Shown: piece after piece, positions 61,005-64,000 of the stretch | How positions within the stretch are numbered: position 1 is the stretch's first letter | How the letters are laid out: each line of letters starts with the position of its first letter | Assembly: GCA_942493105.1 (NCBI GenBank) | Contig: OW818668.1 | Coordinates: forward strand, 894,106 to 958,105 | Reading direction: 5' to 3' | Length of the DNA: 64,000 bases | Source of the DNA: an uncultured Erysipelotrichaceae bacterium | GTDB lineage: Bacteria > Bacillota_I > Bacilli_A > Erysipelotrichales > Erysipelotrichaceae | Translations under genes and position numbers: made by a program | Notes under the pieces: model-generated | The model's database searches: none | Told to the model about the DNA's origin: nothing | The model's input: only the letters and a program-made list of their open reading frames with translations

Positions 61005-61355
61005 ATGAGCGATAATAATTTCTACTCAATGGATAAACTTATTGAATTTGGTATGAGTATTTCGATTGCCAGCCAAATGGCACAGTCAATGAATCGAACG
61101 ATAAACCAAATGACTATTCCAGGCTCATCTAATGCTATGCTTACTCAAATAGAAACAGTTTATTATGCTGTGATAAATGGTAAGCAAGCAGGACCTTATT
61201 CATTAACTGAGTTGTCAAGATTGATTAAAGATAAGATCATTTTAAAGGAAACTTATATCTGGAAACCTGGCATGGTTCAATGGGATCTTGTAGAAAATGT
61301 TGATGTGTTATTAAGACTTGTGGCAGTAACTCCACCACCGATACCTAACCTTTAG
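61005..61355 (+). CDS. DUF4339 (GYF-like) domain protein
   Basis: YYAVINGKQAGPYSLTEL ... WKPGMVQW. ATG 61005 is preceded by AAGGAG; the track ORF 60945 is an extended alternative. Confidence 0.5.
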   Translation: MSDNNFYSMDKLIEFGMSISIASQMAQSMNRTINQMTIPGSSNAMLTQIETVYYAVINGKQAGPYSLTELSRLIKDKIILKETYIWKPGMVQWDLVENVDVLLRLVAVTPPPIPNL

Positions 61356-61368
61356 TAGGTGTTTGAAA

Positions 61369-61399
61369 CAACCTGCAACACTTTATTGCAGGTTTTTTG
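61369..61399 (+). terminator. rho-independent terminator
   Basis: aacctgcaa-cactttat-tgcaggtt followed by T6. Confidence 0.75.
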
Positions 61400-61593
61400 T
61401 AGTCGCAATCAAGCATTTCTGTCTAAAAATAAACTAAAAACGATAAATTTACTGAGAAGTTTGCATAACGTTATATTTCATCAAATCATTTTTAATGAAT
61501 TTTCTCGATGATACCCACATTTGAATAGGTCGACTTTTTTATCGTCACAATGTGAAAGTTGTATGTGTAAAAATAAAAGACTATTCCACCTAA

Positions 61594-61757
61594 TACACTT
61601 TATCTACGACAAAAGCAACGACCTCGATTTGATCATTGTGTAAAGAGTCCAGATAAAGCATCTTGCATAGCGAGCGGTTGCCATACAGTACGGTTTTCTT
61701 ACTCATAAGAGCTTCCTCTCCAACTTTGGAGATCCTTGTTGATTTTATTTTAACTGA
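61594..61757 (-). repeat. direct repeat copy 2 (~164 nt) with a 38-aa ORF (61590..61706, minus)
   Basis: MSKKTVLYGNRSLCKMLYLDSLHNDQIEVVAFVVDKVY preceded by GGAGAGGAAG. This N-terminus resembles NeuD/PglD-type sugar acetyltransferase starts, but the ORF stops after 38 codons. Confidence 0.6.
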
Positions 61758-62101
61758 AAGACTAAAGGAAACTCAAAAACCCATTCTCAAAAATGCATGA
61801 TTATATTTTTGGTTTCATGTAATAAAAAATCGTAACTGAATAAATATCTATAAAGCGTGGTTAATAAGCGAAGTATTGCATTATACGTTAATGTTTAAAA
61901 ATTCTGCAGATGTATCTAAACTCAACCAAAAACTTGATTAAGTATGCTTTTTACTGATATCATAAATATACGAGAATTGTTTAATTTAAATGACTGAATA
62001 CTATCTTATGTAGATCAAAAAACTCGTATCTATACAATCAATGCTTATTAAATTGAGAAAATTGTATACATTCAGTTTGTTAAATATTGTGGGGTAATAC
62101 A

Positions 62102-64000
62102 ATGGTTAGGAAAGAGCCGATTTATTATCATTTGATCTTTGGGTCACTTCAGTGTAAAGAGACTTTTGGGGTTGATCTTTTATATGGTGACTACGAGTAT
62201 ATTATCAACCTCAATTCATCACTAATTAGTAAACTTTATTTTGAGAATTACAGTGAAGTAAAAACATATTATTGCAGTGAACTAATCAATAAATCAGAAT
62301 ATGAAGAACTAACACTTCTGGAATACACATTTCATAATAAAAAAGCTTTTGATTTATTACACAATCTAGCAGAAAGGCTACTTTTTCGTAATGAGGTTCA
62401 ATATCTGTTTCTATGTATCGATTGCTTGTGGGTTATTGATAAATTACTAGGTTTTTATGATTTAGTTGATGAGTCTGTGTACTTAACTGTCAACTCTCGT
62501 TTAAAAAATGAGTATGATGTAGATCTTAGGTTCCACTATGCACTAACTTTTACAAGATATAAATATTTAAACGAAATGATTGCGATCGAAACAAGAAAAA
62601 AATTCAAAATTGAAAAGCTTATTCGTACTGCAATTACCACCATCGCTATCGCACATTCAATAGCAGAAGCGTTTAGACCGAATTTATACAAAATTGGGTT
62701 TCGTATTCTTGAACAAATCGATACAATTGAACTTCAAAAAATAGTTAATGAGGATAATCTGAAAACGATTATTAACGAAATATTACAATCTACTGTTTCG
62801 ATCAATGAAGATGCTTTAAATTTTTATGTAACAAGACGGCTAAGTTTGAAACTAGATATGACGTTAGGTAAAAACCTCCCAAACAAAATCAAGATTAACT
62901 ACATTCAAGATAACTTAGATTTTGTATCAGCTTTAATTAAAGGCAAGATTCCTCAATCTTTTATTGCATTACAAAAAATCCTTGAAATTCTTGAAAATGA
63001 CAGAATTGAGGACTTAGGTGAGAAATATAAATATCATAATTTTAATATAGGATCTTTGGTAATATATTTATTAAAGATTGATAATAGTTACACCATTATA
63101 AGACTCTTTACAGTTCTTAAAATAATTGAGTTTGACCAGATGTATAAAGTCTGGGATCAATCAATAGGGTCAAATTATCTTGATCTATGTTATAACTATT
63201 TAATATACAAATCAAAGACCGAAAAACACTTTAAATTAAGTAAGAATGATAAAACGTGGTTGCTATGCCTTTTAAAAGCGTTAAGGAGCGAAAATGATTT
63301 GACTCAACCAGTTGATAGAATAGTTTTTTTGTTTAATAATATTGACTTCCTTTCCATTGATATGGAGACCATTATAGAAATATGCAAACATATTTATGAC
63401 ACTGAAAAATATAAATCAACACACGATAGTATTCAATTGGCGCTAGAAGCTAGACAGTATGAACTTGTCAAATACCTAGATGCAAATAGGGAAGTAATTG
63501 ATTTACTTGTTTCTAAATTCAATATTGAAAAACTTAATAAAACCAAACGATTTGTGATTATGAGACAACTTGAAAAGAATTGTGAGAGATACTTTTCTCA
63601 AATTCAAGATAGTCCTTTGGGCTATAAGATAATTGTTGCTCGAAATGCGAATGATATTCAAAAACATCAGCGTACATGTTTGTATATTGATCAGATAAAA
63701 TACATGATGAGAGAGCTAAAGGTTAGAAATATCACAGATCTTTTCCATTTCACACCAATTGATAATCTTGCGAGTATTCTTGAAAAAGGAATTATACCCA
63801 GAAGTTATCACAGACAACTAAAAGTTCGGTCTATTTGTACAGATTCTGAACGTTATGATCATAGATTGGAATACACTAGTTTATCAATAATGAGGCCGAA
63901 TAGTAGAATGCTTTACTATAAGAGGGCTGAAAAGATTATAGTGATTTTAAGGATTGATGCTCAGATTTTGCTTAATGTAACGAACCATCCGTTATTCTTT
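62102..64000 (+). CDS. large hypothetical protein (>633 aa, 3' end outside window) with C-terminal DarT-like DUF4433 ADP-ribosyltransferase domain
   Basis: Open frame 62102 to window end, absent from the ORF track because no stop lies in the window. The C-terminus LFHFTPIDNLASILEKGII ... RPNSRMLYY parallels the DarT hFThi.NL.sIL..G ... RsPMLYai motifs; AT-rich codon usage. Confidence 0.6.
   Translation, partial: MVRKEPIYYHLIFGSLQCKETFGVDLLYGDYEYIINLNSSLISKLYFENYSEVKTYYCSELINKSEYEELTLLEYTFHNKKAFDLLHNLAERLLFRNEVQYLFLCIDCLWVIDKLLGFYDLVDESVYLTVNSRLKNEYDVDLRFHYALTFTRYKYLNEMIAIETRKKFKIEKLIRTAITTIAIAHSIAEAFRPNLYKIGFRILEQIDTIELQKIVNEDNLKTIINEILQSTVSINEDALNFYVTRRLSLKLDMTLGKNLPNKIKINYIQDNLDFVSALIKGKIPQSFIALQKILEILENDRIEDLGEKYKYHNFNIGSLVIYLLKIDNSYTIIRLFTVLKIIEFDQMYKVWDQSIGSNYLDLCYNYLIYKSKTEKHFKLSKNDKTWLLCLLKALRSENDLTQPVDRIVFLFNNIDFLSIDMETIIEICKHIYDTEKYKSTHDSIQLALEARQYELVKYLDANREVIDLLVSKFNIEKLNKTKRFVIMRQLEKNCERYFSQIQDSPLGYKIIVARNANDIQKHQRTCLYIDQIKYMMRELKVRNITDLFHFTPIDNLASILEKGIIPRSYHRQLKVRSICTDSERYDHRLEYTSLSIMRPNSRMLYYKRAEKIIVILRIDAQILLNVTNHPLFF

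Noticed and set aside
1-64000. Searched by eye for tRNA/rRNA genes, CRISPR arrays, transposases/integrases, reverse transcriptases, nucleotide cyclases (CBASS-like)
   Set aside because: None found. The only internal repeats found are the 160-nt direct repeat pair and short hairpins. No IS-like inverted terminal repeats around coding transposase-like ORFs.

Overview
The window reads as low-GC Firmicutes chromosome (standard genetic code, TGA used as stop; ordinary ~38-40% GC by eye), with three recognisable blocks and an accessory tail. (1) 1-16 kb, core housekeeping: pflB and pflA, an HD phosphohydrolase, a DUF1028 protein, a deoxynucleoside kinase, two DegV proteins (one paired with DUF1836), two Cof-type HAD hydrolases and an ABC-F ATPase. 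(2) 16-29.3 kb: a guanine-type purine riboswitch (aptamer plus terminator) followed by a nine-gene de novo purine operon, purE-purK-purL-purC-purF-purM-purN-purH-purD. purL is the single-chain large form, and purM is interrupted by a 1-nt frameshift. The operon is followed directly by a small unknown gene that overlaps a chromosomal ANT(6) aminoglycoside nucleotidyltransferase. (3) 29.4-53 kb: hemerythrin, a prenyltransferase-repeat protein, a flotillin plus TldD/TldE cluster, a PAS-GGDEF-HD-GYP protein, and a mannose-family PTS / amino-sugar island (IIC, IID, SIS, IIB, NagA-like deacetylase, two GntR/HutC regulators, ADH, Gfo/Idh/MocA, CpsB-like PHP phosphatase, ceramidase-like hydrolase). 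(4) 53-64 kb, accessory and patchy: small membrane and zinc-ribbon proteins, an orphan HicB antitoxin, tryptophanase followed in the same orientation by a Vsr/DUF559-like endonuclease fusion, and a zinc-ribbon / SPFH (YdjI-like) / DUF4339 module. That module is bracketed by two ~160-nt direct repeats, each carrying a promoter, RBS and a short gene-start remnant. Last is an AT-rich ORF of more than 630 aa that runs off the window and is absent from the supplied ORF track; its C-terminus is a DarT-like (DUF4433) ADP-ribosyltransferase domain. The two most novel-looking candidates are the DarT-domain fusion and the nuclease-fusion gene behind tnaA. No rRNA, tRNA, CRISPR array, transposase or integrase was recognised.
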